From: an uncultured Mycoplasmatota bacterium
Lineage (GTDB): Bacteria; Bacillota_I; Bacilli_A; RF39; UBA660
Direction of reading: 5' to 3'
NCBI GenBank assembly: GCA_900553855.1
Contig: USFG01000008.1
Location: 1,178-65,177 of the forward strand
Length of the DNA stretch: 64,000 nt
Shown: in pieces, positions 55,006 through 64,000 of the stretch
Numbering within the stretch: the stretch's first letter is position 1
Layout: every line of letters starts with the position of its first letter
Notes under the pieces: model-generated
The model's database searches: none
What the model saw: the letters and a program-made list of their open reading frames with translations, nothing else
What the model was told of the DNA's origin: nothing
Made by a program: the position numbers and the translations under genes

Positions 55006-56107
55006 ATACTTTATTAAATATTTTTATAAATTCATCTATTTCTTCACTAGTTGTTAAATAAGATAAACTAATTCTAATTGATGAACTAGCTCTTCCTTTA
55101 TCTTTAGTTAGTGCATACACTAATTTTGAAGGCGTCATTATTGGACAACAACTAGTTTTACTAGAAACCATTACTCCATTTTGATTTAATTTATCAACAA
55201 AAAGAACTGATTTTACTTTCTTAACACTTATATTAATTGTATAAGGCAAGCTTTTTGCAGTACTATTAATAATTACATCTTTATTTTGTTTTAATAAGTT
55301 AATTAAATAATCATGAAGTTCCTTAACATATTTATATCTTTCATCTAAATTTTTATATGCTTTTTCAATTGCAACTGCCGTACTCGCAATTAAATTGGTA
55401 TTAGGAGTACCACTACGATAAACAGTTGTTGATTTGCCACCTAATATTTGAGGTTTTAACTCGATATTTTTTCTTTTTACTAAAATAGAGATTCCCATTA
55501 ACCCATAAAATTTATGCGGAGCAATAGTTACTAAATCAGCATTTTGAATATCTATATTAATTTTACCAATTGCTTGAGATGCGTCAGTATGGAAAACAAT
55601 ATGATCATAATTTTTTAAAAGCTTTCCAATTTCTTCAATAGGTTGTTTTATTCCAAGCTCTGAATCGACAGAAGTTACTGATACTAAAATAGTTGTTGGT
55701 CTAATCATACTCTTTAAAACATCTATGTCAACTATTCCATCTTTGTTAACTGGAATTATTTCTACTTCATAACCTTCTTCTTGTAAACGTAAACAAGAAC
55801 TCATTACTGAATTATGTTCAAGACTACTAACTAAAATATGATTTCCAAAATTTTTATATCGATAAGATGCACCTAATATCGCTAGATTATTACTTTCAGT
55901 AGCACCACTTGTATAAATTATTTCATCGGGATTAACATTTAAAATATTGGCAATTTTTTTATTAGCTTCATCAATAACTTTTTTAGCCATTTTTCCCATA
56001 TCATGATTAGAGTTCGGATTACCATAATAGTTATTTGTAACATTTACATAGCAATCTAATACATCTTTATCAACCGGGGTTGCCGAAGCATAATCTAAAT
56101 ATATCAT
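54977..56107 (-). CDS. NifS/IscS-type cysteine desulfurase
   Basis: Class V aminotransferase with APHKFYGLMGISIL (PLP Lys) and a SSKTSCC loop. Confidence 0.85.
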   Translation of the reverse strand: MIYLDYASATPVDKDVLDCYVNVTNNYYGNPNSNHDMGKMAKKVIDEANKKIANILNVNPDEIIYTSGATESNNLAILGASYRYKNFGNHILVSSLEHNSVMSSCLRLQEEGYEVEIIPVNKDGIVDIDVLKSMIRPTTILVSVTSVDSELGIKQPIEEIGKLLKNYDHIVFHTDASQAIGKINIDIQNADLVTIAPHKFYGLMGISILVKRKNIELKPQILGGKSTTVYRSGTPNTNLIASTAVAIEKAYKNLDERYKYVKELHDYLINLLKQNKDVIINSTAKSLPYTINISVKKVKSVLFVDKLNQNGVMVSSKTSCCPIMTPSKLVYALTKDKGRASSSIRISLSYLTTSEEIDEFIKIFNKVYEEVKNGEV

Positions 56108-56282
56108 AGGCCCTCCTTAAATATTTATCTAATTTATTATAGAAAAAAAACAAATAATAGTAAATATTAAATTTAATTTGATATTAAAACGTGTATAAAA
56201 TATATTTAAATGGTTATAATAATATTGTCAGAACATAAAATTATAGTTCTGATAATATTACATTAAATAATTAATGTAATAA

Positions 56283-56312
56283 AATGTGGCTACAATAATT
56301 ATAGCCACATTT
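56283..56312 (-). terminator. second hairpin downstream of hup
   Basis: Inverted repeat TGTGGCTA/TAGCCACA with A/T runs on both sides. Confidence 0.5.
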
Positions 56313-56327
56313 TTAAATATAACAAAA

Positions 56328-56348
56328 AAAGAAGCACAGGGCTTCTTT
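56328..56348 (-). terminator. intrinsic terminator of hup
   Basis: Minus-strand stem AAAGAAGC/GCTTCTTT with a 5-nt loop, followed by TTTTTTTG. Confidence 0.7.
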
Positions 56349-56354
56349 AACAAA

Positions 56355-56627
56355 TTAATTTAAAGCGTCTTTTAATTTGTTTCCAGCTTTAAATGTTGGA
56401 GCAACTTTAGCAGGAATTTTAATTTTTTCTTTAGTTAATGGATTAATTCCTTCTCTAGCAGCTCTTTCTTTAGCAGCAAATGTTCCGAATCCAACTAATG
56501 AAACTTTGCCACCTTTCTTTAATGCTTCAGTAATACCAGCAAGTGTTGCATCTAATGCTCTTAGAGCTTCAGCTTTACTCATATTTGCTTCAGTAGCAAT
56601 AAATTCTACTAATTCTTGTTTAGTCAT
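56355..56627 (-). CDS. hup: DNA-binding protein HU
   Basis: MTKQELVEFIA...GFGTFAAKERAAREGINPLTKEKIKIPA. Confidence 0.95.
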   Translation of the reverse strand: MTKQELVEFIATEANMSKAEALRALDATLAGITEALKKGGKVSLVGFGTFAAKERAAREGINPLTKEKIKIPAKVAPTFKAGNKLKDALN

Positions 56628-56776
56628 TTTGACTTCCTCCTATTTTAATAATTTTATAAGGCAAATTACCCTACAAATAAAATTTACCAAAACTAGGGAC
56701 AAAATGCAATAAAAAAGGGCTATTTTTTGAAAAAATATATGATTTTACTTAACAAAATTATCAAATTATCTAAATA

Positions 56777-57394
56777 TTAATCTCTTTTAAACTCTTTTGG
56801 TTTAGTATTAGATACATATTTAACAAATTCACCCATTTTTTTATACTTTTCTATTCCTTCTTCAGTGAAAAAAATACTTTTTCTCAAATTAAATCTACAA
56901 TAACTATCTATTAAGCTTGATATAAAATCTTTTTCTTTATCTTTATTTATATGTATAGTTCTGGGCCATGAAGGAATCAGTTCTTTTGGTAGGTCAACTT
57001 TGTAATTACCTAAGTACGTAAATTTATCTAAATCTTTTTTGGTAATATTTAGTTCAAATAAATAAGAGTATAAATAATTATATTCATCCGGGTAAAATAT
57101 TGTTTTTCGATTTTTCTCTGCATCATCATATGTTTCATGACCATGAAAAGGATAAAATCTTTCTTCCCATATGATTAAATTTTTTTTTACATATTCCGAA
57201 TTGTTAATAGTGTTAAAATCTACATTATCAATGGAATCTATTATTTTGGCTCTAAATAATTTTTTTGAGATACTACTATCATATTTTTCACTAAAATCTT
57301 CTGATTTTATAAATAGAAAATATTTTCCATCAAATTCCTTATTATAATTTTCAATCTTAATAGCAAGCGTATCGCCTTCGTTTAATTTTATCAT
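56777..57394 (-). CDS. hypothetical protein
   Basis: 205-aa ORF. No motif recognised. Confidence 0.5.
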   Translation of the reverse strand: MIKLNEGDTLAIKIENYNKEFDGKYFLFIKSEDFSEKYDSSISKKLFRAKIIDSIDNVDFNTINNSEYVKKNLIIWEERFYPFHGHETYDDAEKNRKTIFYPDEYNYLYSYLFELNITKKDLDKFTYLGNYKVDLPKELIPSWPRTIHINKDKEKDFISSLIDSYCRFNLRKSIFFTEEGIEKYKKMGEFVKYVSNTKPKEFKRD

Positions 57395-57544
57395 TTTTTC
57401 TCCTTTAATTATCTAGTATAAATATATCATATGTTTTTTAGTATGAGAAATAAATTCATATTCTTAATTAATTATATCACTTTAATATTACAAATATATT
57501 AAGTTTCACTATTAAAAAAAAGACAACAATTTAAAATGTTATCT

Positions 57545-59023
57545 TTATAAAACTATAGCTATTAAATTATTTGATCCTTTATTAACTATCTTAGTTACTG
57601 TGTTAGATAATTTATATCTAGTTGCTTCTGGCATCATTGATAATTTAGCTTCTATTCCCTCTTTAACAATGACATCTAAACTTCGACCAAATATTTCACT
57701 TTTCCAAATGCTTGATGGATCTTTTTCATAATCCTTCATTATATAGTTTATTAATTCTTTACTTTGCATTTCAGTTCCAATTATAGGCTCGAATGTGCTT
57801 TCTACATCAACTTTCATTAAGTGAATTGAACTTGCTAAGGCTTTTAACTTAACACCATATTTAGAACCTTGCTTAATAATTTCTGGAGTAGATAGCTTCA
57901 TATCTGATAAGCTTGGATAAACAATACCATATCCTGTTGCTTTAGCCATTTTTAAAGCATCTTTAACACTGGATATTTCATCTTTGCCGCTTGAGTAATC
58001 CATAAATATTTTAAGTAAATTACCTTTGGTTAATGATATTCCGCCAAGAAGTTCTTTTAATGTTTCATTATATAATTCATTTGATGAATCTAAATTTAGA
58101 GTTACAACACCATTAGATGTGTTGACATTAGATATATAGGCTTTAGATATATATTTACTATCTTTATAATAATTAATTATATTTTCAGCATCTTTAAGTT
58201 TGCTTATTCCGTCCATACTCTCTCTTAATTTTGTTAGATATTCCTCTTTAATTGGATGATTATTTGCTAAACTATGAACCCATGATGGAATATTAATTTC
58301 AATATCTAAAATTGGAAATTCATATAGGGCAGTTTTTAAAATTTCATACATATCTAATTCTGTCATTTTATCTACATTGACAGGAAGAACAGGAACATCG
58401 TAATTATCAGTTAAACTTTTAGCTAAATTTCTAGTTTCTTCTTTCTCAGGATGAGTCGTATTTAAAACAACAATAAATGGTTTATTAATCATTTTAAGTT
58501 CAGTTATAACTTTTTCTTCAGTACTGGTTATTTCTCCTCTAGTAAACTCACCAAATGAGCCATCAGTTGTCATAACGATTCCGATGGTAGCATGATCTTT
58601 TATGACTTTTTCAGTTCCAATCTCAGCAGCTTCCATAAAAGGAATTTCTTCGTCATACCAAGGTGTTTTAACCATTCGAGGATTTCCTAATTCATCCTCA
58701 TATCCATTTGCACTTTTAATTACATAACCAACACAATCAATAAGTTTAACATTTGTTTTAAATTCATCTATTTTAATATTTGCTCCTGATGATGGAATAA
58801 ACTTAGGTTCCATGGTCATAATAGTTTTGCCGGGAGCCGATTGTGGTGCTTCATCTATGCATCTTTTCTTTAAATCTTCATCTTCAATATTGGGTACAAT
58901 AAAATTCTCTATCACTTTCTTAATAAATGTAGATTTACCTGTTCTAACTGCTCCAACAACGCCTAAATAAATTTCTCCATTTCCCCAAGTTGAGATGCTA
59001 CTTATTATCTCTTTTTTTTCCAT
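57545..59023 (-). CDS. spoIVA: stage IV sporulation protein A
   Basis: GEIYLGVVGAVRTGKSTFIKK and a 492-aa length. It is close to hup, as in B. subtilis. Confidence 0.95.
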   Translation of the reverse strand: MEKKEIISSISTWGNGEIYLGVVGAVRTGKSTFIKKVIENFIVPNIEDEDLKKRCIDEAPQSAPGKTIMTMEPKFIPSSGANIKIDEFKTNVKLIDCVGYVIKSANGYEDELGNPRMVKTPWYDEEIPFMEAAEIGTEKVIKDHATIGIVMTTDGSFGEFTRGEITSTEEKVITELKMINKPFIVVLNTTHPEKEETRNLAKSLTDNYDVPVLPVNVDKMTELDMYEILKTALYEFPILDIEINIPSWVHSLANNHPIKEEYLTKLRESMDGISKLKDAENIINYYKDSKYISKAYISNVNTSNGVVTLNLDSSNELYNETLKELLGGISLTKGNLLKIFMDYSSGKDEISSVKDALKMAKATGYGIVYPSLSDMKLSTPEIIKQGSKYGVKLKALASSIHLMKVDVESTFEPIIGTEMQSKELINYIMKDYEKDPSSIWKSEIFGRSLDVIVKEGIEAKLSMMPEATRYKLSNTVTKIVNKGSNNLIAIVL

Positions 59024-59120
59024 ACCATTTTCCTTTCATTTAAAATGTATGAAAGTAGTAAATATTTATGCAAAAAAAGACTAAGTTTAATAAAAACTTA
59101 GTAAATTTTAAAATATTAAC

Positions 59121-59822
59121 TTAATTATTATTAACAATATTAATTATTAATGGTGATAAAATAATTAATAAAATTAATGGAATAAATATAAATACACTTA
59201 CTAAACTTATTTTAATGGGCATCTTATTTATTTTGGCTTTAGTATCTAATAAGATTTTATCTGATAAATAAGATAATTGATTACTTAATGATTCAACTAT
59301 ATTACTTCCATAAATATTTGATTCTATTAAGTTTAAAATAATATTATTTACAGTATCAGAAGGAATTCGGTATTTTAAATCATCTAAGGCTTCATTTAAA
59401 CTTTTTCCTAAAGATACATCATCTAACACTTTAATAAATTCGTTTGATAGATCACTATTGATATTGTTACTTGTTAATTCAATTGCTTTAGCTAGATTAT
59501 TACCAGATTCAATGTTTAAACTAAGAATTTGAAAGTAAAATAATGATTCTTTTTCTAGTTTTCTTGCTCTTTTAGCTAATCTATAATCAAAAAATAAATA
59601 TTCAATTAATATAAAATATAGATATGAAATTATTAATGATACTATAAAATTAGTCTTTAATAATATAAGTATTAGAAAAATAAATAGGGTACTTATTAAG
59701 TTAATCAATAATAATTCAACAACATTATAATTTTTTGATAAACCAAATAGTTTATTTTTTCTATTTATTCTTTCTATATGTTCTTTTGTATAAATTTTAT
59801 CTACTAAATTATTCATATTCAA
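59121..59822 (-). CDS. tadC: TadC-like type II secretion F-family membrane protein
   Basis: 233 aa with a TM-helical-TM layout. Last gene of the tad operon. Confidence 0.65.
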   Translation of the reverse strand: MNMNNLVDKIYTKEHIERINRKNKLFGLSKNYNVVELLLINLISTLFIFLILILLKTNFIVSLIISYLYFILIEYLFFDYRLAKRARKLEKESLFYFQILSLNIESGNNLAKAIELTSNNINSDLSNEFIKVLDDVSLGKSLNEALDDLKYRIPSDTVNNIILNLIESNIYGSNIVESLSNQLSYLSDKILLDTKAKINKMPIKISLVSVFIFIPLILLIILSPLIINIVNNN

Positions 59823-60789
59823 TCCTCAATATTCTTTTTATAATTAATATATAACTTATATATAATATAATTATAAGTAAAATTATTAAATAACCAAATG
59901 GGGTTGTAAGTAATGGTGCAAAGTAATCAGGACTAATTAATAGTAGTATACCAGTTAATAAAATTGGCATAGTAAGTAAACAATAATAAACTAATTTTGA
60001 TGATGCTGTCATACTATTTAATTCATCTTTTAATCTTTTGTTGTTAGTAAATGAATTTTCAATATTAGTAAAAACTCCAACTAGATTTCCACCAGTTAAA
60101 TTAAGCAATGATAATGTGCTGGTTATATACTTAATATCTTCTATTTTAGCACGTTCATAGAATCTATCAAAAACATCTTTTAAATCTAACCCATATTCTA
60201 AGTCATAACTTATTTTAGAAAATTCTTCTTTAATTGGACCTGATAAATCTTTAACGACCATATCAACTGCTTGAGTAATGTTATATCCTGATTTAAAGGC
60301 ATTATTCATTATAACTACTGCTTTTAATAAATCTTGTTCAATATGCTTAGTACGTTTTTTATAAGCAATATTAAGAATAATATTATAAGCGTAATAACTT
60401 AAAAATATTATTAAAATTAAAAACATAAAATTTAAATTATTTTCAAATAAACTATAGAGTATATAAAGAATTCCACTTCCAATTGATATACAAAATTTAG
60501 TAGCTATAATTGATAAACCGTTGTAATCTTTATAAGAATATTTATTAAATTTTTTTGCTTTATTTTTAAAATATACTGATTTTTCTAGTACTTTAATTAT
60601 ATTTTGCTTAATGTTTAGGTATAACTTTAAGAGGCTATCACCTAAACTAGTTGTGTTATTATTATTTTTTATAGTATATTTATTTATTTTATTACTTAAT
60701 TTTAGAGTTCTATTTAATCTAATTGTATAATAAATAATCCATATTAAACATAAAATAAATATAAATTTAATCAGTATATTTAATAACAT
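59809..60789 (-). CDS. tadB: TadB-like type II secretion F-family membrane protein
   Basis: 326 aa and polytopic. Lies directly downstream of the CpaF/TadA ATPase. Confidence 0.65.
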   Translation of the reverse strand: MLLNILIKFIFILCLIWIIYYTIRLNRTLKLSNKINKYTIKNNNNTTSLGDSLLKLYLNIKQNIIKVLEKSVYFKNKAKKFNKYSYKDYNGLSIIATKFCISIGSGILYILYSLFENNLNFMFLILIIFLSYYAYNIILNIAYKKRTKHIEQDLLKAVVIMNNAFKSGYNITQAVDMVVKDLSGPIKEEFSKISYDLEYGLDLKDVFDRFYERAKIEDIKYITSTLSLLNLTGGNLVGVFTNIENSFTNNKRLKDELNSMTASSKLVYYCLLTMPILLTGILLLISPDYFAPLLTTPFGYLIILLIIILYISYILIIKRILRIEYE

Positions 60790-60804
60790 ATTATTATTTC
60801 CTTT

Positions 60805-62130
60805 CTATTTAAATATTAAATCTAAATCATCTATTCCTCTTGATTTTAATAAGTTATATACAGATGGTTTCTTTTTACATTTAATAAATTCACCGTTTTC
60901 TTCTCCATCTTTAGTTAAACCATTTCGTCTATATTCAAATATAGTATTTAATTTAATCGTATCATTTTCAAAACCAACTACTTCTGATATATTGGTTATT
61001 TTTCTTTTGCCATCATGTAATCTTTCGATGTTTATGACAATGTCTATTGCGTTTTCAATATATTGTCTTATTGCTCTTATAGGGATTTCAATGCCGCTCA
61101 TTAAAACCATTGTTTCTAATCTATTTAATGCATCTGAACAACCATTGGCATGCAATGTGGTTAATGAACCTTCGTGACCAGTATTCATCGCTTGTAGCAT
61201 ATCAAACGCTTCTTTACCACGACACTCTCCAACGATTATACGATCTGGTCTCATTCTTAAGGCATTTATAACAAGATCTCTTATTGTTACTATTTTATTA
61301 TTGTTATAATTCATAGTTCTTGTTTCTAAACTTATAACGTGTTCTTGTTCTAATTTTAATTCAGCAGCATCTTCAATGGTAATAATACGTTCATCATTGC
61401 CAATAAATGAGCTAAGTACATTTAAAAGTGTTGTTTTACCACTACCAGTTCCACCACATACAATTATATTTAATTTGCCTCTAACAGCACCTTCTAAGAA
61501 AATAGCCATTTCATTAGTTAAACTACCTACTCTTAAAAAATCGTCTATTTTAGTCATATTTCTTTTAAATTTACGAATAGTTATAACAGGTCCATTAACT
61601 GATAATGGAGGTATAACAGCATTAATTCTAGATCCATCTTTTAATCTTGAATCAACCATTGGACTAGAAGAATCAATAGTTCTTCCTTGAGGTCCAATTA
61701 ATCTTTGAATTGTTCTAATAATATGATCATCATTTATAAATGAAACACTGTTATCTTTAACTATTTTACCATCTATTTCAACATATATATCTTTTGGCCC
61801 ATTAACCATTATTTCACTGATATTGTCATCTTTTAATAGTTCACTTAATGGCCCATTACCACTAATTTCATCTTCTATTAAATTATAAATATGATTCCTT
61901 TCAACATTAGATAAATCATAACCTTCTAAACATTTATCTATTTCATCATCAATAAATTCATTTAAATTAACACCTTCAGGAATCTCAGTATCAACCAATC
62001 TCTCGATAATTATTTTTCTTAATTTATCTAATAGTTTCTTATCAGGGAAGGCATCATAATCTGTTAGAACACTATTTACTAATTCTTTATCTTTATTAAA
62101 GTTAAAAGATTTTAATAATGAACTACTCAT
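60805..62130 (-). CDS. tadA: CpaF/TadA secretion ATPase
   Basis: [36 protein letters not shown], and [13 protein letters not shown]. Confidence 0.92.
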   Translation of the reverse strand: MSSSLLKSFNFNKDKELVNSVLTDYDAFPDKKLLDKLRKIIIERLVDTEIPEGVNLNEFIDDEIDKCLEGYDLSNVERNHIYNLIEDEISGNGPLSELLKDDNISEIMVNGPKDIYVEIDGKIVKDNSVSFINDDHIIRTIQRLIGPQGRTIDSSSPMVDSRLKDGSRINAVIPPLSVNGPVITIRKFKRNMTKIDDFLRVGSLTNEMAIFLEGAVRGKLNIIVCGGTGSGKTTLLNVLSSFIGNDERIITIEDAAELKLEQEHVISLETRTMNYNNNKIVTIRDLVINALRMRPDRIIVGECRGKEAFDMLQAMNTGHEGSLTTLHANGCSDALNRLETMVLMSGIEIPIRAIRQYIENAIDIVINIERLHDGKRKITNISEVVGFENDTIKLNTIFEYRRNGLTKDGEENGEFIKCKKKPSVYNLLKSRGIDDLDLIFK

Positions 62131-62872
62131 CTTTATTACCTCCTATAATCTCATTTGCTATTAATTTAAATATTTTTTCATCTTTAAATTTAGAATATTT
62201 ATAAGTTATAATTTCTCCATTAACAACTAATTCATCTAAGTTATTTACATGAAAACTGGAACTGATTACATAATCAACATTATGGCCTATAATATTTTTG
62301 ATATCATAATTACTGAAATAATCTTTATTAGGTATAAAACTATTATTAAGAATTATTTTATACTTATCTAAATTGTTTTCTATAAATAAATTTACTAGAT
62401 TTTTTATGTTTTTAAGAGAAACACAATCGTTTGTAGTTAATAGGTAAACTACATCACTTTTATCCAAACTATAAACACTTATCTCATTAAGTATACTTGG
62501 GGTATCTATTAATACAACATCATAATTATATACACTTTTTTCGAGTAAGATATCTATATATTTAACATCAATTCTACTTGCGTATCTAGGATCTTTTGGA
62601 CTTGCCACAAATGAGATGTTTTCATCATATTTGGTAATATATTTATCTAAATCATTATATTTATTGTTTATATAATCTTCAACAAAATTAAATATAGTTT
62701 TGTTTGCTTCTCTATTTAGAGATATAGCAATTGCTCCATTAGTTAAATCTAAATCAACAATTAAAACTTTTTTATTTAATTTAGAAAGTGTTCCGGCAAG
62801 TGATAAAAGAGTTGTTGTTTTACCAACTCCACCTTTTCCACCATAGAAACATACAATTTTACCTCTAGCCAT
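62123..62872 (-). CDS. tadZ: TadZ/CpaE-like MinD/ParA-family ATPase (no receiver-like N-domain)
   Basis: FYGGKGGVGKTTTLLSLAG and LIVDLDL. Confidence 0.75.
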   Translation of the reverse strand: MARGKIVCFYGGKGGVGKTTTLLSLAGTLSKLNKKVLIVDLDLTNGAIAISLNREANKTIFNFVEDYINNKYNDLDKYITKYDENISFVASPKDPRYASRIDVKYIDILLEKSVYNYDVVLIDTPSILNEISVYSLDKSDVVYLLTTNDCVSLKNIKNLVNLFIENNLDKYKIILNNSFIPNKDYFSNYDIKNIIGHNVDYVISSSFHVNNLDELVVNGEIITYKYSKFKDEKIFKLIANEIIGGNKDE

Positions 62873-62873
62873 A

Positions 62874-63245
62874 TTAAATGTCCCCTTTATTATCTTCTAT
62901 AATTATACCATTATTTGAATTAATAACAACATAATTTATACTAACTGTATAATTTTTTAAATTAACTATATTACCAAATACACTTTTTATTTTATAACTG
63001 TTTTGAATATATACTTTATCATTTTCTTTTTTATACTTAAAATCATCTACTTTATAACCATTTTGTCTATATAAATCAACTATTTTGTCTTCTTCAAGAG
63101 TACTATTTAGAATTGTTCTAGTAACATTTTCATATTTATTTTGACTATTAATTATATAAGCATAATCATAGAGAAAACTAAAAACAATAAATATTACGGG
63201 AATAATTATTATAAATATAACTAAACTTTGACCTTTATTGTTCAT
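62874..63245 (-). CDS. TadE/TadF-like pseudopilin lacking the conserved Glu
   Basis: MNNKGQSLVIFIIIIPVIFIVFSF, where Ile replaces Glu at +5 after the Gly. Confidence 0.6.
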   Translation of the reverse strand: MNNKGQSLVIFIIIIPVIFIVFSFLYDYAYIINSQNKYENVTRTILNSTLEEDKIVDLYRQNGYKVDDFKYKKENDKVYIQNSYKIKSVFGNIVNLKNYTVSINYVVINSNNGIIIEDNKGDI

Positions 63246-63564
63246 TTAATATTACCCTTTCACATTTTATTACATAAGGATTACCTAAAACAAGTGATAA
63301 ACCAGGGGTTATTGTTTTATAATCTTCGGTTATTTGTAAATATGTATAATTATCTTTTATTTGATAAGTAAATTTGTTGTTGGTAATTTGATTTATTTCA
63401 TCTATTTTGTTTTCTTTATAAAGAATAGTTACATTGTTCATATTTGATTCCAATTTATTTTTATATGAAAAAATTGTCATAAAATCTACTAGTAGCATAA
63501 TTATGAATATGATTACTGGAAGTATAATTATAAATTCAACTAAAGCTTGACCTTTCTTATTCAT
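63235..63564 (-). CDS. TadE-like pseudopilin
   Basis: MNKKGQALVEFIIILPVIIFIIMLLVDF. Start moved to M7 of the track ORF because the promoter -10 box lies at 63589-94. Confidence 0.65.
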   Translation of the reverse strand: MNKKGQALVEFIIILPVIIFIIMLLVDFMTIFSYKNKLESNMNNVTILYKENKIDEINQITNNKFTYQIKDNYTYLQITEDYKTITPGLSLVLGNPYVIKCERVILNEQ

Positions 63565-63588
63565 TTTACCAACCCTTATCATAATTAA

Positions 63589-63617
63589 ATTATAAGATAT
63601 TTTTTAAAGTTTTACAA
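63589..63617 (-). promoter_or_regulatory. promoter of the tad operon
   Basis: Minus strand: TTGTAA, 17 nt spacer, TATAAT. Confidence 0.55.
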
Positions 63618-63643
63618 TTATATATTAAATTTTAGAGCAAAAT

Positions 63644-63669
63644 AAAAGCAACTTTTTATAGTCGCTTTT
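63644..63669 (-). terminator. intrinsic terminator after the Cys-rich gene
   Basis: Minus-strand stem AAAAGCGAC/GTTGCTTTT (one G-U pair) with an 8-nt loop, followed by ATTTTG. Confidence 0.5.
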
Positions 63670-63676
63670 ATTTTTG

Positions 63677-64000
63677 TTACCCTTTTCTACAACAATAACA
63701 ATATTTATCATCATACCATATTAACATAGGAATTCCGTCACCAATATAACAGTCACATTCAAATTTTAATTGTTTTGATACTTTACTAATACACACTCCT
63801 GATGATCCACCTGATGAACCTCCTGATGATCCACCATCTGTACATGTACACCTGTCTTCAGTCCACCATCTGTCACATTGTTTGCCTGTTGCAACATCAT
63901 ATTTATAATGCCTTTTTTGACAATATGTATTTTTAGGATCCTGTCTTTCACATTGCCATGTCTCAGTAGTTTGAGAACACTCCACATAACATTGTTGAGT
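63677..64000 (-). CDS. Cys-rich protein with a (GGSS)3 linker; 5' end outside the window
   Basis: The frame stays open to the window edge (TQQCYVECSQTTETWQCE...). I count 17 Cys in the 107 visible residues. The C-terminus is CYCCRKG. Confidence 0.6.
   Translation of the reverse strand, partial: TQQCYVECSQTTETWQCERQDPKNTYCQKRHYKYDVATGKQCDRWWTEDRCTCTDGGSSGGSSGGSSGVCISKVSKQLKFECDCYIGDGIPMLIWYDDKYCYCCRKG

Noticed and set aside
1155-56712. Many plus-strand track ORFs lie antisense inside long minus-strand genes. Examples are 1155..1385, 5084..5365, 6581..6802, 7018..7218, 7885..8148, 16685..17098, 19389..19616, 35896..36246, 39417..39752, 44680..45075, 56377..56712 and 61376..61690.
   Set aside because: Each lies wholly within a well-supported gene on the other strand. 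Their Leu/Ile/Phe/Ser-rich composition is typical of mirror frames in AT-rich DNA. They have no RBS or independent evidence.
63766-63987. An alternative 73-aa ORF overlapping the Cys-rich gene in another frame.
   Set aside because: The Cys-rich frame is longer, is open to the window edge, and has a coherent repeat and linker structure. The alternative frame looks like a by-product.

Overview
All calls were made by eye from the ORF track and my own translations. No database search was run. The window is a visibly very AT-rich chromosomal segment from an endospore-forming Firmicute that uses the standard genetic code. Almost every gene is on the minus strand. Exceptions are two tRNAs, a small membrane ORF, a DUF192 gene, def, and a Y-family polymerase/YolD pair.

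The backbone is housekeeping and sporulation genes in Bacillus-like synteny:
- yceD-rpmF, sirA-like-yneF, and obg
- def, then rseP-cdsA-uppS
- sufC-sufD-sufS-sufU, with no sufB
- comEC-comEA-spoIVFB-spoIVFA-mreD-mreC-radC
- yqeY-rpsU, efp, rpmG, psd, spoIVB, and a SpoVK-family ATPase
- priA, a NifS-type desulfurase with TtcA, hup, and spoIVA

Several accessory or unexplained pockets sit between these blocks.
1. 45.1-50.1 kb is my best candidate for an undescribed system. It holds two tandem paralogous two-TM proteins plus a D1-only Clp-type AAA+ ATPase with an unrecognised N-domain. The two transcription units have duplicated promoters.
2. 11.6-15.0 kb holds an orphan trio (771, 141 and 136 aa) beside a tRNA pair.
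3. 23.8-28.2 kb has a duplication of the comEC 3' end, each copy followed by a DUF1016/YhcG PD-(D/E)XK gene.
4. 59.1-63.6 kb is a Tad/Flp pilus operon with no pilin or prepilin peptidase. An orphan Flp prepilin lies 44 kb away at 15.4 kb. A compositionally atypical Cys-rich (GGSS)3 protein lies at the right window edge.
5. 1.2-3.7 kb holds three tandem paralogues (one decayed) plus a coupled partner gene.
6. 8.1-9.9 kb holds an XRE-CYTH fusion followed by a 361-codon frame split by one TAA.
7. 38.8-43.4 kb is a TelA-XpaC cluster with two solute-binding-fold paralogues, one fused to vWA.

I saw no CRISPR array, rRNA, integrase or transposase.
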